Assembly: GCF_009914755.1 (NCBI RefSeq) | Contig: NC_060947.1 | DNA from: the human T2T-CHM13v2.0 reference genome, Homo sapiens | DNA length: 64,000 nt | Strand: one strand, 5' to 3' | In this document: positions 13,090 through 25,911 of the stretch, in pieces | Position numbering within the stretch: position 1 is the first letter of the stretch | How the letters are laid out: every line of letters begins with the position of its first letter | The notes under the pieces: model-generated | The model's database searches: none | The model's input: only the letters and a program-made list of their open reading frames with translations | What the model was told of the DNA's origin: nothing | Position numbers and translations under genes: made by a program

Positions 13090-14560
13090 CCCAGTGCCAG
13101 GACCTCATGGCCCCAGACTCTAGTCCAGTATCCATGAGCTGAACTTCTAGGCCTGCCCCACTACCAGGCCAACCTTAGCAGCCCCCGGCTTCAGACCAGC
13201 CCCAGCACTCAGCCAGCCCCTGTGATTTCAGAGTTTATATCTATCCCAGCATCATGGAAGGCCCCCACAGCCCTAGATATCAGGCTGGCACCTGTGAATT
13301 TAGCCTCCGGGTCAGTTCCTTTGTATACAGGCTCTAGGCCCACCCAGAACCAGGCTAGCCCCTGCAGCCACAGGCTCCAGACCAGCCCAGAGTCAGGTTG
13401 GAATACACAGCTTTGAGCTTCAGACCCACCCCAGCACCACGTAAGCACCCCTGACCTCAGACATCAGGCCAACACCTGCAGACAGAGGCTCTAGGCTTGC
13501 CTAGAGCCAAGCCAGTCCCTGCAACACCACTCTTCAGGCCATCTCCTGTGTCCCCATGCTTCAGCCGACCCAAGGTGCAAGCTCATTCCAATAAATTGCA
13601 GTGCTAGGCCAGCCTTCAAAAACCAAGCTCCAAAACCACCCCTGTGGACTCAGGTTCCAGTTTGGCCCCAGCATCCCAAGGATCCAGGTCAGCCCTTGCA
13701 GATCTAACCTCCAGGCCACCACAGTCATACCAAGTCTCTAGGGTAGTCCCCATAGGTCCGGGTTCTAGCACGCTCCCTGTGGGCTGAGGTTCTAGGCCAG
13801 CAACCACACACAGCCTCCAGGCCAGATCTCACATAACAAGGTCCCAGGCCAGTCTCCACAGCTTCAGGATCCAGGCCAGTCCTCATGATTCTGGGAACTG
13901 GATCACCACCAATGATGCCAGGATCCAGACAAGCCCCCACAAACCCAGGCCCCATGACTTCCCAAGCACCAGGCAGGCCCCAGACCCTCAGCTAGTCCTG
14001 GTGGTCCCAGGCTCCAGTGAATCCAGGATCCAGGCTCATTCCAAGTCGACCTTTGTGCCAAGCCAGCCTCCACAGATTGACTCCAGGCCACCACTGCAAA
14101 ACTAGGCTCCAGACCACCCCATGGACCCAGGGCCCAGGCCTGCTGCCATGGACTCAAGCTCGAGGCTTGCCCCAGCAAAAGACCAGCCCCTGTAGACTCA
14201 GGCTTCAGGCCAGCTCCCTCAGAATCAGGCAGAAGTCTCAACCACATGCTGATCCAGGTTACAGACAAGCCCCCTATGGGCCCAGGACCAAGGCCTATCC
14301 CTGTAAACTCCAACTTCAGACCCATCTCACTGAACCCAGGTTTCAGGCATGCCCTCATGGACCCAGGCTCCAGGATCACCCACCATGGACTCAATCAACT
14401 GGACCAACCCAGAGAATTCAGGCTCCAGGTCCAATCCTGTGGATTCAGGCACAATAACTGCCCGCCTGCTGACTCGGGTATCAGCCCAGACAGTCCAAGT
14501 ACTTCAACAGTCAGCCCATCCACAGACCCTACCATACAGCCTTCCCAGAATCTCTGGATG
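13090..14560 (+). repeat. Degenerate GC-rich tandem array (ccaggctccaggcc-like units) in the L1 5'UTR
   Basis: Dozens of variants of c(c/t)aggctc(c/t)aggcc / gacccagg. Confidence 0.8.
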
Positions 14561-15364
14561 CACTGATTGGTGAATGACTTTCCCAGATGATGTCCATCTG
14601 TAAAGACTGAAAACGTTCCAAATTTTTTAAATGTTCAGATACCAGTGCAGGACCACAGGGATCAGAAAAAGTCAGGGAAACTATATTACCAAATGAACAA
14701 AATAAAGTGCCAATAGCCAACCCTAATGAAATGAAGATGTATAAACTGCCTGAAAACAAGATCAAAATAATTGTTTTAAGGAAGCTCAGTGAACTTCAAG
14801 AAAATACAGAGGAACAATTCAACAAAACAGGAAAACAATAAATGATCAAAATTACAATTCAACAGAGAGATTGAAATTATTTTAAAAATCAAACAAATTC
14901 TGAAGCCAGAAATAAAAAGAACAAAATGAAAAGTGTGATAGAGTGTCAACAGCAGAACTGTTCAAGCAAAAGAAAAAATCTGTGAACCTGAACACAGGTT
15001 ATTTGAAGATACATAATCAGAGGAGAAAAAAAGGATAAAAACAAATGAGGAAAGCTTATGAGACTTACAACATCAAGAGCAAATGTTCAGATTATAGGAC
15101 TAAAATAAAAAGAAGAGAGAGACAACGGGCCAGAAAATGTATTTAAAGAAGTAATAGTAGAAAACTTTCCAAATCTGTAGAAAGATGTAAATATCCAGGT
15201 ACGAGAAGGTCAAGTTTCCAATTATATTCAAACCAAACAAGAAAACACCAAGAAAAAAACAGAATCAAACTATCGAATATCAAAGACAAAGAAAGGATTC
15301 TAGAAACAGCACAAGAAACATATGTATGAGGAAATTCCAATAAAGCTAGCAATGTTGTTTTCAT

Positions 15365-17457
15365 TATTTTTTTTATTTTTTTTTTTAATAGTACAAAGTT
15401 GGGGCTCTTTATTCAGACGATAGAGTAAGGAACAGCAAAGTGGGAGGGCTACACCATCACCATGACAACAGAAAGCCTCATAAACGTAAAGTCCCTCGAC
15501 TTCTGTTGGGCAGACTCTTCCTAGCTCAGGAGAAACATGTTTTAACTGGCTGAGAACAAGGCCAGGCAGCCTGGCCACAGTGTGGAAGGGCAGCCAGAGG
15601 CGCGGCCTCTGGTCAGTCCTGGAAGTGCTTGGTGAGGGCTTCTAGCAGCTCCTGCTTCTTCAGCCAGTACTCCAGGCAGGCCTCTTTCATCATTGGCACA
15701 GTGAACTTTCCCAATGTGCCCTTGCTGATGTGGGTCTTCAGCTCCTCTTCTGAATACTCCGCTTGGGCCTTTTGCTTCTGGAACCTTCATTATTGCATTT
15801 TCTCTTGGTAATTTTCCCTTCAGGATTATAATCTGGTGAGTAGACAAGTTCCTTAAACTCATTCACCATGGAGCCCAGTCTTTTATTCATTTCTTCAACC
15901 TTGGGTAATATAAGGTCCACTGCTTGTTCCTCCATCAAATACAAGATCAAGGGCTCCAGGTTCCCGAAGTGCTGCTGCAGCACGGGGTTCTCAAAGCTGT
16001 CACTTCTGTATGTGAAGCAGAGCTTCTGAATGATAGCCTTCATGTTGTCCACCTGCTCTGGAGTTGCCATGACTTTTTCAGTAAAGGGCACCTTCCTTTT
16101 ATCATCAGCAAAGGGTAAAAAGACCAGCTGGAAACCTGGAGTAGTCACCTGAATTTTCTGGTCATCCAACTCCTCTTCCTGTGACACCAAAGCCACCAAA
16201 TAAGGGGGGATGTTCCTGCGGGGTGTGTATCTGCACAATGCTATGACCACCTTCTCCAGACACTTAATGAGCAGAGCACTGAACAGGGTTGAACTCCCAT
16301 TCACCGGCGACTCCTCAGGGTACGTGAACAAGGAGGGCCTCGGGTAATGGTGCTCCTTCAGCATTACCAAGGGCTTGAAAACCATGAGCATCAAAGCTGG
16401 TTCATCAAACCATTTTAGCTCTTCTGTTTCCTCTTTCTCCAGTATAATCTGATGACTCCCATAGATCTGAGACCGCTTGGTATCGCTAGGCAGAAGCAAA
16501 CTGCCGGTATTAATATTAAATTTCCGGGACTTGGTTTTCACTGGTTCATTTGTTTTCCGATAGAGTTTTATTGAAGGAGGCTTGAGAGCCTTCTGGACGA
16601 GACTGTAAATGCCCACAGAGATCACTATGTCTTTGTTGAGCTTCAGCTTTAACCTGCTGAGTGCCCATTTCCTGGTCTCCTTGGCACGAACCTTCTGCAA
16701 CAGGTCTTCTAGATTGCTGGATTCCTCAAAGTGAACTGGATTCCTCAAAGGATGAGGTCCTCATCCTTTGCCATGCTGATGATATCTCTGTAGAACAAGG
16801 ATATGTCAAAGCCCCCAGGTTTCTTCAGGGGCATCAAGTCAAGGAAGATGCCTATATCTCGTAGATCACCGGCTTTGGTCCTGGCCTGGCAGGCCTTAAC
16901 ACTGTCATTGCCATGAGGGTTGTCTTCATTGGTGAGCAGCATGATTTTCTATGACTCATCTTGAACTGGATATCACTAAACAGTTTGGCACAGACCCACA
17001 GAACTTCACTGAATGAGTAGTCAGATCCATGGCCCATCAGGTCTTCGAAACATTTTTGTCCCTGCTGCCCCTTAAACTGGTCAAGCTTTAGAATTTGTTT
17101 TGCACCTGGATTTTCCAACTCCTGTAAGACGTAAATATTTTTAAAATTCACTGAATTTTTGTCTTTCTCAGTATCATAAAGATCTCGATCACTGCTTATG
17201 ATCTTACTCATGTACACACTTTGGATACACTGGATGCTCATGTCAAAAGGAGTCAACTCACCTTCGCTCTGAGATTCAAACATAGCCCTGGAGGCATCAA
17301 CCAAAAAAAATTAAACTATCACTTCCTGAATATTTCTAGTATTCACTTGCTTCAAGGTCCTCTTCTTCTTCTGCTTCTTCATCACCCTCGGTTTTATAAT
17401 AAGACTCACACCCTGATGTGTTGGCTACTGCTCACTTTGGCACAGGGAGGTAACCCA
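15365..17457 (-). pseudogene. XRCC6P: Full-length processed pseudogene of XRCC6 (Ku70); CDS-equivalent 17419->15613. Which numbered XRCC6P locus this is cannot be fixed from sequence alone.
   Basis: Minus-strand ORFs 16852-17304, 16745-16942 and 15738-16748 translate to consecutive Ku70 segments ([12 protein letters not shown]..., [32 protein letters not shown]) and the C-terminus [16 protein letters not shown] (stop 15613-15615). It is intronless, with 5'UTR remnant, 3'UTR, AATAAA (15408-15413) and poly(A) tract (~15365-15386). Disablements: ATG->ACA (17417-17419), premature TAG (17336-17338), frameshifts at ~17305, ~16948, ~16745 and ~15760. Degenerate TSD CAATG..TTTCAT at 15350-15364 / 17458-17470. 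Confidence 0.97.
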
Positions 17458-20400
17458 CAATGGATTTCATAGCAGAAACCTTGCAGAACAAGAGAGAGTG
17501 GGATGATATATTCAAAATGATGAAGAAAAAACCCTGCCAACAAGAATGCTTTCTCTGGAAAAGCTGTTCTTCAGTAATAAAGGAGAAATAAATACTTTCC
17601 CAAACAAAAGCTGAAGGATATCATCACCACCAGACCTGTTTTTCAACAAATGCTAAAGAGAATTCTTCAAGCTTAATTTTAAGAAAATGCTAAATAGCAA
17701 CACTAAAACGTGAAAGTGTAAAACTCACTGGTAAAAGTCAGCACAAGGTCAAATTCAGAACAGTCTAATACTGTAAAGGTGGTGTATAAATTATTTAAAA
17801 ATTTAGTATGAAGATTAAAATAAAATTTATAAATAAAAGACAAGAAATCAAAGCATACCACTAGAGAAAATCACCTAATCACAAACAAAGACAGCAAGAG
17901 AGGAAGAAAGGAACAAAGGATCTACAAAACAACCAGAAAACAATTAACAAGAGAGGTGGCTAAGATGGCCGACTAAAAGCAGCTAGTGTGTGTGGCTCTC
18001 ACAGAGAAGAGTGGAAGGGGTGAGTAAATATAGCACCTTCAACGGAATCATCCAGGTACATGCATGGGGATTAATCAAATAAACAACTTTACCCATGGAG
18101 AATAGAGAAAAGCACCACAGGATGATGGCCCACCTGGGAGTGGCAGGGAGCCAAAGGAACCTCCGCTCCCAGGGAAGTGGTGAGTGAATGTGTGTCCCCA
18201 AGAATGCATGCTTCTCCCACGGATCTTTGCAACCCTCAGATCAAGAGATCTCTTTGTGAACCCACTCCACCAGGGCCTTTAGTCTGCCACCCAGAGCTAC
18301 GTGGAGTTTTGGCAGAGCAGCCGCTCAGGCATGCACAGAGATCTGGAAGTTTTAGATGCTCTTGCTTTCCAGGCTTCCCAGCAAAAGTAACTGCAACTCT
18401 GGAAAAGGGCAAAGTGGGAGGTTAGACTCCCATACATATCCCTAGGAAAGAGGCTGAATCCAGAAGGTCAAGCAGCAATGGTCTATGGGCACCACTTCCA
18501 AGGCACCTCACCAGATAAGACCCACTCGCCTGGAATTCCAGTCAGCTACAGATGGCAGTATTGTGCCTCCATGGGATGGAGCTCCCAGGGTGAGTGGTAG
18601 GCCCGGATCTTTGCTGTTTGGATGACTTAGCTGTTATGGCCTTCGGGCTTTGGTGAGTCCAAGCTGACCAGAGATGGAAAGAATCCTCCAGCACAGCACA
18701 ACTGCTCTACTGAAATGTGGCCAGACTGCTTCTTTAAGTGTGTCCCTGATTCCATTCCTCATCACTGGGTGGAGCCTCCCAACCGGGGCCTTTAGCCACC
18801 CCCCTCAGTGTTCTCCAGTCAGCAGAGATTTGAAAACTCTCTGGGACAGAGCACTCAGAGGGAGAGTCAGAGAGCTCCCTGTGAGCTGTTTGGATGACTT
18901 AGTTGTTCTAGCTTTCAGGCTTTGGAGAGCCCAAGCCAACTGAGGGTGGAAGCAGTACCCCAGAATAGCACAGCTGCCCTACAGAAATGTGGCCAGACTG
19001 CTTTTTAAGCAGGTCTCTGATCCCATTTCTCCTCACCGAGTGGACTCTCCCAACAGGGGTCTTCAGCGACCCCCACCGGTGGTCTTTGGCTGACAGAGGT
19101 TTTAGACCTCCTTGGGATGGAGCTACCAGAGAGAGGGTCGGGCCACCATCATTTCTGTTTTGGTGACTTAGCTGTTCCAGCCTTTGAGCTTTGGAGTGTC
19201 TCAGGAGCCGAAGTGGACCCCAAGCACAGCACAGCTGCTCTACAAAAATGTGGCCAGACTAATTTTTTAAGCAGCTCCCAAACTCTGTTCCTCCTGACCG
19301 GGTGAGACCTCCCAACTGGGGTCCTCTGCCACCTCTTACAGGTGCGTTCAGGCCAGCAACACCTGTGCCTTCCTGGGACAGAGCACCCACAGGGAGCAGC
19401 AGGCTGCCATTTTGCCATTTTGCAGTCTTCACTGGTGATACCTCCAGGTACTGGAAAATCCCAGGAGACTAGGGAATGGAGTGGACCCCCAGTATATCAC
19501 CATAGCTCTACGGAAAAGTGGCCAGACTCTTACATGGGGGTCCTCTCATACCTCCTCACTGGGCAGGTCCTCCAGGCCTGGGCCTCTAGCCACCCCCCAC
19601 CAGAGATATGAAGCTAATAGCAACTTGGCAACTCCCTGGACAGAGCCTCCAGGGGCAACTGACAGCCTCTCTGCCACTGTCTCTGCAGTGGAACTGTCCT
19701 TACTACCCTCAGACTAATGAAGAAGCAAAGACCCTAAGTATCTTATCCACATCTCCAACAAGCTGCAATTGCCCCAAGGACAGGAGGCTAGTCCATCTCC
19801 CATGAGTCCCAAACATCCCCTACTGCTCATCACCAGGCAGAAAACCCCTGGCTTTGGGCCCACAGTACAGACTCTCCATCCTGGGCTGATTGCTCTGAGC
19901 AATTGCTGACCCACATCTCTCTCAGGTGGAGTCCCCAGGAGAGGAGCAAAGTGGTAAAGGCAGCAAGCCAGCTGATGCAGAGCCGAGAGGGTTTGGTGCA
20001 GGAGCATCTGTAGTAGAGCATGGCTATCCCTCTAGGTTCAACTTGCTTCCATAACAGACTTTAGCTCTGAGGGAACTGTCAGACATGATGTCCGCAGGGT
20101 GGTCATGCACATCAGATGGAGCTGGCCCAACCTGAGCACTCTTTGGTCTGCTGGCCTCTCCCAAGGCCCCAGCCTGGCCATGTCTGCTTACAGGGCAGTC
20201 TTGTGTGCCTGGGGGTCCACCTCATAGCTTCTGTACCAGTGGTTCATGCCTGACTGGTGGAGAGCTCCAGTGAGGCAGCCCCTATGGCCACACACCAGTC
20301 TGCATAGTACCTCTGCAAACTGCAGCTTCCCCAAGCCCACAGCAACCCCCCACATCACTTTGCTGGCACGTGTCTGCATGAACAAGATTTATTTTATTTG

Positions 20401-22848
20401 CCCCACCAGCACGCAGGAGTGCAGTATGCCCCCCTAACCCCCAACAACCAGCATTGCAGACGGAGCCTTGTTGGACACAGAGCCAGCAAAACCTACCCCT
20501 GACAGCACCCTGCCCTTGCACTAATGCTGCGCAGAGAACAGGGAATCCTCCCACATCCTGAATCATCACTCCTGCTTGCAGGGCACAGAGAAGGCACCAA
20601 GACCTTTGCTGGACAGCACCCTACTTCAAGCCAACACCACCTCCATTGCAACAGTGCACACAGTCACCAGCAGGAAACCCCCTCCTGCCCCATTTTCTGC
20701 CAACTGCCTTGACTCTGCCACTGTGATTAATGCCCGCAGGGAGGCAGACACCCCTGCATCTGCTGGCACTCTACTGCTGCTGCCACATCTCAGTCCCCTC
20801 TGTGCAGTAGACTCCAAAACTTGAGGAGCCAGAGAAAAAAGTCAGGGCCCAATACAAGTCCCCCAGAGTTAGAGCACAAAGTCCAGGTGTTGGGAGCTGA
20901 ATGTCGGCCCCCTAAAATCTTCCAGAAATGAAGTAAGTTGGCTGAATCCACCTTATACCACAATCAAACTCTCAAGGTCATCAAATAGAATAAAAGGAAA
21001 AAAAAATTCCAAAGTTCAGCAATCACAAAGATTGAGGGTAGATAAGCCCACAAAGATGAAAAAGAATCAGCATAAGAACACTGAAAACTCAAAAAGCCAG
21101 AGTACCTTCTTTCCTCCAAATGACCTCATCATCTCTCCAGGAAGGGTTCGGACTGGGCTTATGCTGAGATGGCTGAAAGGACAAAAGTGGAAGTCAGAAT
21201 ACGAATTGGAACAAAGTTCACTGAGTTACTGGAGTACATTGTAACCCGATGCAAGGAAGCTAAAAATCATGAGAAAACATTGCAGAAGCTGATAGACAAA
21301 AGAGCCAGTATAGAGAACGACATAACTGACCTGATAGAGCTAAAAAACACGCTACAGTAATTTCATAATGCAATCACAAGTATTAATAGCAGAATACATA
21401 AAGTGGAGGAAAGAATCTCAGAGCTTGAATACTGGCCTTCTGAAACAAGACATCCAGATGAGAATAGAGAAAAAAAGAATGAAAAGGAATGAACACAACC
21501 TCAGAGAAATATGAAATTAGGTAAAGAGACTGAATCTATGACTAATTGGTATACCTGAAAGAGATGGAGAGAATGGAACCAATCTGCAAAACATATTTCA
21601 GGATATCACCCATACGAAATTCCCCAACCTAGCTAGAGTGGTCAACATACAAATTCAGAAAATGCAGAGAACCCCAGTAATATATTCCACTAGAAGATCA
21701 TCCCCAAGACACAAAACCATCAGATTTGCCAACGTCAAAATGAAAGAAAAAATTTTAAAGGCAGCTAGAGAGAAAGGTCTGATCACCTAAAAATGGAAGC
21801 CCATCAGACTAACAATAGATCTCTCAGCTAAAACCTTACAAGCCAGAAGATTGGCACCAATATTCAACATTCTTAAGGGAAAGAAATTCCAACACAGAAT
21901 TTTATATTTGGCCAAACTAAGTGTCATAAGCAAAGGAGAAGTAAAACCCTTTCCAGACAAGCAAATTCTGAGAGAATTTATTACCACCAGACCTGCCTTA
22001 CAAGAGCTCCTGAAGGAAGTACCAAATATGGTAAGGACCATTACCAGCCACTACAAAAACACTTAAGTACACAGAACAGTGACATTATAAAGCAACGACA
22101 TTAACCAGTCTGCAAAATAACCAGCTAACATCATGATGATAAGATCATATCCATGCATATCAATACTAACTTTAAATGTAAATGGGCTAAATGCCCCAAT
22201 TAAAAGACACAGTGTGGCGAGCTCAATAAAGAACCACAACCCGTCGGTATGCTGTCTTCGAAAGATTCACCTCACATGCAATGACTCAAACAGGCTCAAA
22301 ATAAAGGAACAGAGAAAAATCTACCAAGCAAATAAAAAACAGAAAAAAGAAGGGGTTGCAATCCTAGTTTCTCACGAAACAGACTTTAAACCAACAAAGA
22401 TTTAAAAAGAGAAAAAAGGTACTACGTAATTTTAAAGGGTTCAATTCAACAAGAAGATGTAACTATTCTAAATATATATGCACCCAACGCAGGAGCACTC
22501 AGATTCATAAAGCAAGTTCTTAGAGACCTTTAAAGAGACAGACTCCAATGCTATAGGAGAAATTTTAACTCTTCACTGACAATATTAGACAGATCATGGA
22601 GACAGAAAATTAACAAAGATATTCAGGACCTGAACTCAGCACTGGATCAAATGGACCTGACAGATATCTAAAGAACTCTCCACCCAAAAACAACAGAACA
22701 TACTTTCATCTCATCGCCAAATGGAACATACTCTAAAATTGATGAAATTATCAGAAGTAAAACACTCTTCAGCAAATGCATAAGTACTGAAGTCATAACA
22801 AACAGTCTCATGGACCACAGCACAATCAAATTAGAAATCAAGACTAAG

Positions 22849-24087
22849 CATTTTTTCATATGTTTGTTGGCCATTTGTATTTCTTCTTTTGAGAACTGTC
22901 TATTCATATCCTTAGCCCAATTTTGATGGATTGTTTTATTCTTGCTGATTTGTTTGAGTTCATTGTAGATTCTGGATATTAGTCCTTTGTCAGATGTATA
23001 GATTGTGAAGATTTTCTCCCACTCTGTGGGTTGTCTGTTTACTCTGCTGATTGTTCCTTTTGCCATGCAAACACTCTTTAGTTCAATTAAGTCCCAGCTA
23101 TTTATCTTTGTTTTTAGTGCATTTGCTTTTGAGTCCTTGGTCATGAAATCCTTGCCTAAGCCAGTATCTAGAAGGGTTTTTCCAATGTTATCTTCTAGCA
23201 TTTTTATAGTTTCAGGTCTTAGATTTAAGTCTTTAATCCATCTTGAGTTGATTTTTGTATAAGGTGAGAGATGAGGATCCAGTTTCATTCTTCTACATAT
23301 GGTTAGCCAATTATCCCAGCACCGTTTGTTGAAAAGGGGATTGCTTCCCCACTTTATTTTTTTTGTTTGCTTTGTCGAAGATCAGTTGGCTGTAGGTATT
23401 TGGGTTTATTTCTGTTTTCTCTATACTGTTCCATTGGTCTATGTGCCTATTTTTATACCAGTACCATGCTGTTTTGGTGACTATGGCCTTATAGCTTACT
23501 TTGAAATCAGGTAGTGTGATGCCTCCAGATTTGTTCTTTTTACTTAGTCTTGCTTTGGCTGTGCATGCTCTTTTTTGGTTCCATATGAACTTTAGAATTG
23601 TTTTTTCTAATTCTGTGAATAATGATGATGGTATTTTGATGGGGATTGTGTTGCATTTGTAGATTGCCAACAAGTATATGAAAAAACGCTCAGCACCACT
23701 AATGATCGGGGAAATACAAATCAAAACCACAATGCGATATCATTTACTCCTGCAAGAATGGCCATAATCAAAAAAATTAAAAAACAGTAGATGTTGGTGT
23801 GCATGTGGTGATCAGGGAACACTTCTACACTGCTTGTAGGAATGTAAACTAGTACAAACGACTATGAAAAACAGTGTGGAGATTCCTTAAACAACTGAAA
23901 TTAGAACTACTATTTGATCCAGCAATCCCACTACTGAGTATCTACCCAGAGAAAAAGAAGTCATTATATGAAAAAGATACTTGCACACACATGTTTATAG
24001 CAGCACAATTCCCAATTGCAAAATAGTGGAACCAACCCAAATGGCCATCAATCAATGAGTGGATAAAGAAACTGTTATATATATACG

Positions 24088-24131
<44 letters not shown>

Positions 24132-24588
24132 CGTAGATATATACATTATATACATATATACATATATATACATATATATTATATATATATATACGATGGA
24201 ATGCTACTCAGCCATAAAAAGGAATGAATTAATGGCATTTGCAGTGACCTGGATGAGATTGGAGACTATTATTACAAGTGAAGTAACTCAGGAATTGAGA
24301 ACCAAACATTTTATGTTCTCACTGATATGTGGAAGCTAAGCTATGAGAATGCAGATGCGTAAGAATGATAAAATGGACTTTGGGGACTTGGGGGGAAGGA
24401 TAGGGGGGTGGGGGGAGGAGAGGAATAAAAGACTACAAATAGGGTACACTGTATACTATTCGGGTGATGGGTACACCAAAATCTCACAAATCACGACTAA
24501 AGAACTTACTCATGCAACCAAACACCACATGTACCCCAATAACCTATGGAAAAAATAAATAATAATAATGAAGAATAAATTTGAAAAA
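22849..24588 (+). mobile_element. L1PB1-like 5'-truncated insertion with 5' inversion (22849-23667 minus, 23666-24588 plus)
   Basis: 16-bp TSD AGAAATCAAGACTAAG at 22833-22848 and 24589-24604; L1PB-type 3' end ctaaagaacttactcatg...aataacctatggaaa. Confidence 0.92.
24076..24193. repeat. Compound (TA)n/(CA)n microsatellite inside the L1PB
   Basis: tatatatatacgtatatatacacacaca...tatatata. Confidence 0.95.
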
Positions 24589-25551
24589 AGAAATCAAGAC
24601 TAAGAAATTCACTCAAAATGATACTATTACATGGAAATTGAATAATCTGTTCATGAATGACTTCTGGGTAAATGATGAATTTAAGGCAGAAATCAAGAAA
24701 TTATTTGAAACTATTGAGAACAGATAAAGAAAGAAGACACAGCTAAAGCAGTATTGAGAGAAATTTCAGCACTAAATGGTCACATCAAAAAGAAAGAAAG
24801 ATCTCAAGTTAACAAGCTAACATCGCAACTAAAAGAACTAGAGAACCAAGGGCAAACAAATTCCAAGGCTACCAGAAGACAAGAAATAACCAAAATCTGA
24901 GCTGAACTGAAGGAAATAGAGACATGAAAGATCATTCAAAAGATAAATGAATCGAAGAGCTGTTTTTTTTCTTTTTTGGAAAAAAACTAATAAAATAGAC
25001 AGCTAACTAGACTCATAAAGAAGAAAAGAGAGAGGGGATTCAAATAAACATAATCAGAAACGAAAAGGGGGATATTACCACTGACCCCACAGAAATATAA
25101 GCAACCATCAGGGAATATTATGAACACCTCTATGCACAAAAACTAGAAAATCTACAAGAAATGAAGAAATTACTGGACACATACACACTCCCAAGGCTGA
25201 ACCAGGAATAAATTAAATCCCGGAACAGATCAATAATGAGCTCTGAAATTGAGGCAGTCATAAATAGCCTACCAAACAAAAAAAGCGCACGACCACGCAG
25301 ATTAACAGCTTAATTCTAACAGATGTACAAAGAATAGCTTGTACCATTCCTACTGAAACTATTCTAAAAAATTGAAAAGGATGGATTCCTCCTTAATTTA
25401 TTCTATGAGGCCAGCATCATCCTGATACCAAAACCTGACAGAGATAAAACAAAAAAAGAAAACTTCAGGCCAATATCCTTGACGAACATTGATGCAAAAA
25501 TCCTCAACAAAACACTGGCAAACTGAACCCAGCAGTATATCAAAAAGTTTA

Positions 25552-25911
<360 letters not shown>

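Larger units (their letters stand above)
12770..17950 (+). mobile_element. Old LINE-1 (L1M2/L1MA-like): 5'UTR with tandem repeats, degraded ORF1 and inter-ORF region; interrupted by the XRCC6 retrocopy; ORF2 and 3'UTR missing
   Basis: 5' start caagatggcc; ORF1-like text (aggaagctcagtgaacttcaagaaaatac; gatttcatagcagaaacc; ggagaaataaatactttcccaaac) continuous across the pseudogene insertion. Confidence 0.85.

Noticed and set aside
13209-14573. Cluster of overlapping Pro/Gly-rich ORFs (up to 163 aa) and an array-like repeat
   Set aside because: They lie in the GC-rich tandem repeats of an old L1 5'UTR, which are stop-poor by composition. There is no repeat-spacer (CRISPR-like) organisation.
15613-17419. 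Functional XRCC6/Ku70 gene
   Set aside because: No introns, poly(A) tail and TSD present, start codon lost, premature stop and several frameshifts.
18560-19560. ~270-bp repeated units (gctgtttggatgacttag...aaatgtggccagactg) and associated ORFs
   Set aside because: They look like the internal repeat structure of this L1 family's long 5'UTR rather than a locus-specific feature.
22668-23730. 206-aa and 139-aa minus-strand ORFs
   Set aside because: L1 ORF2 fragments from the inverted arm, fused by chance to antisense L1 sequence across the junctions.
24381-24420. G-quadruplex-like G-tract
   Set aside because: Standard G-rich tract of the L1 3'UTR.
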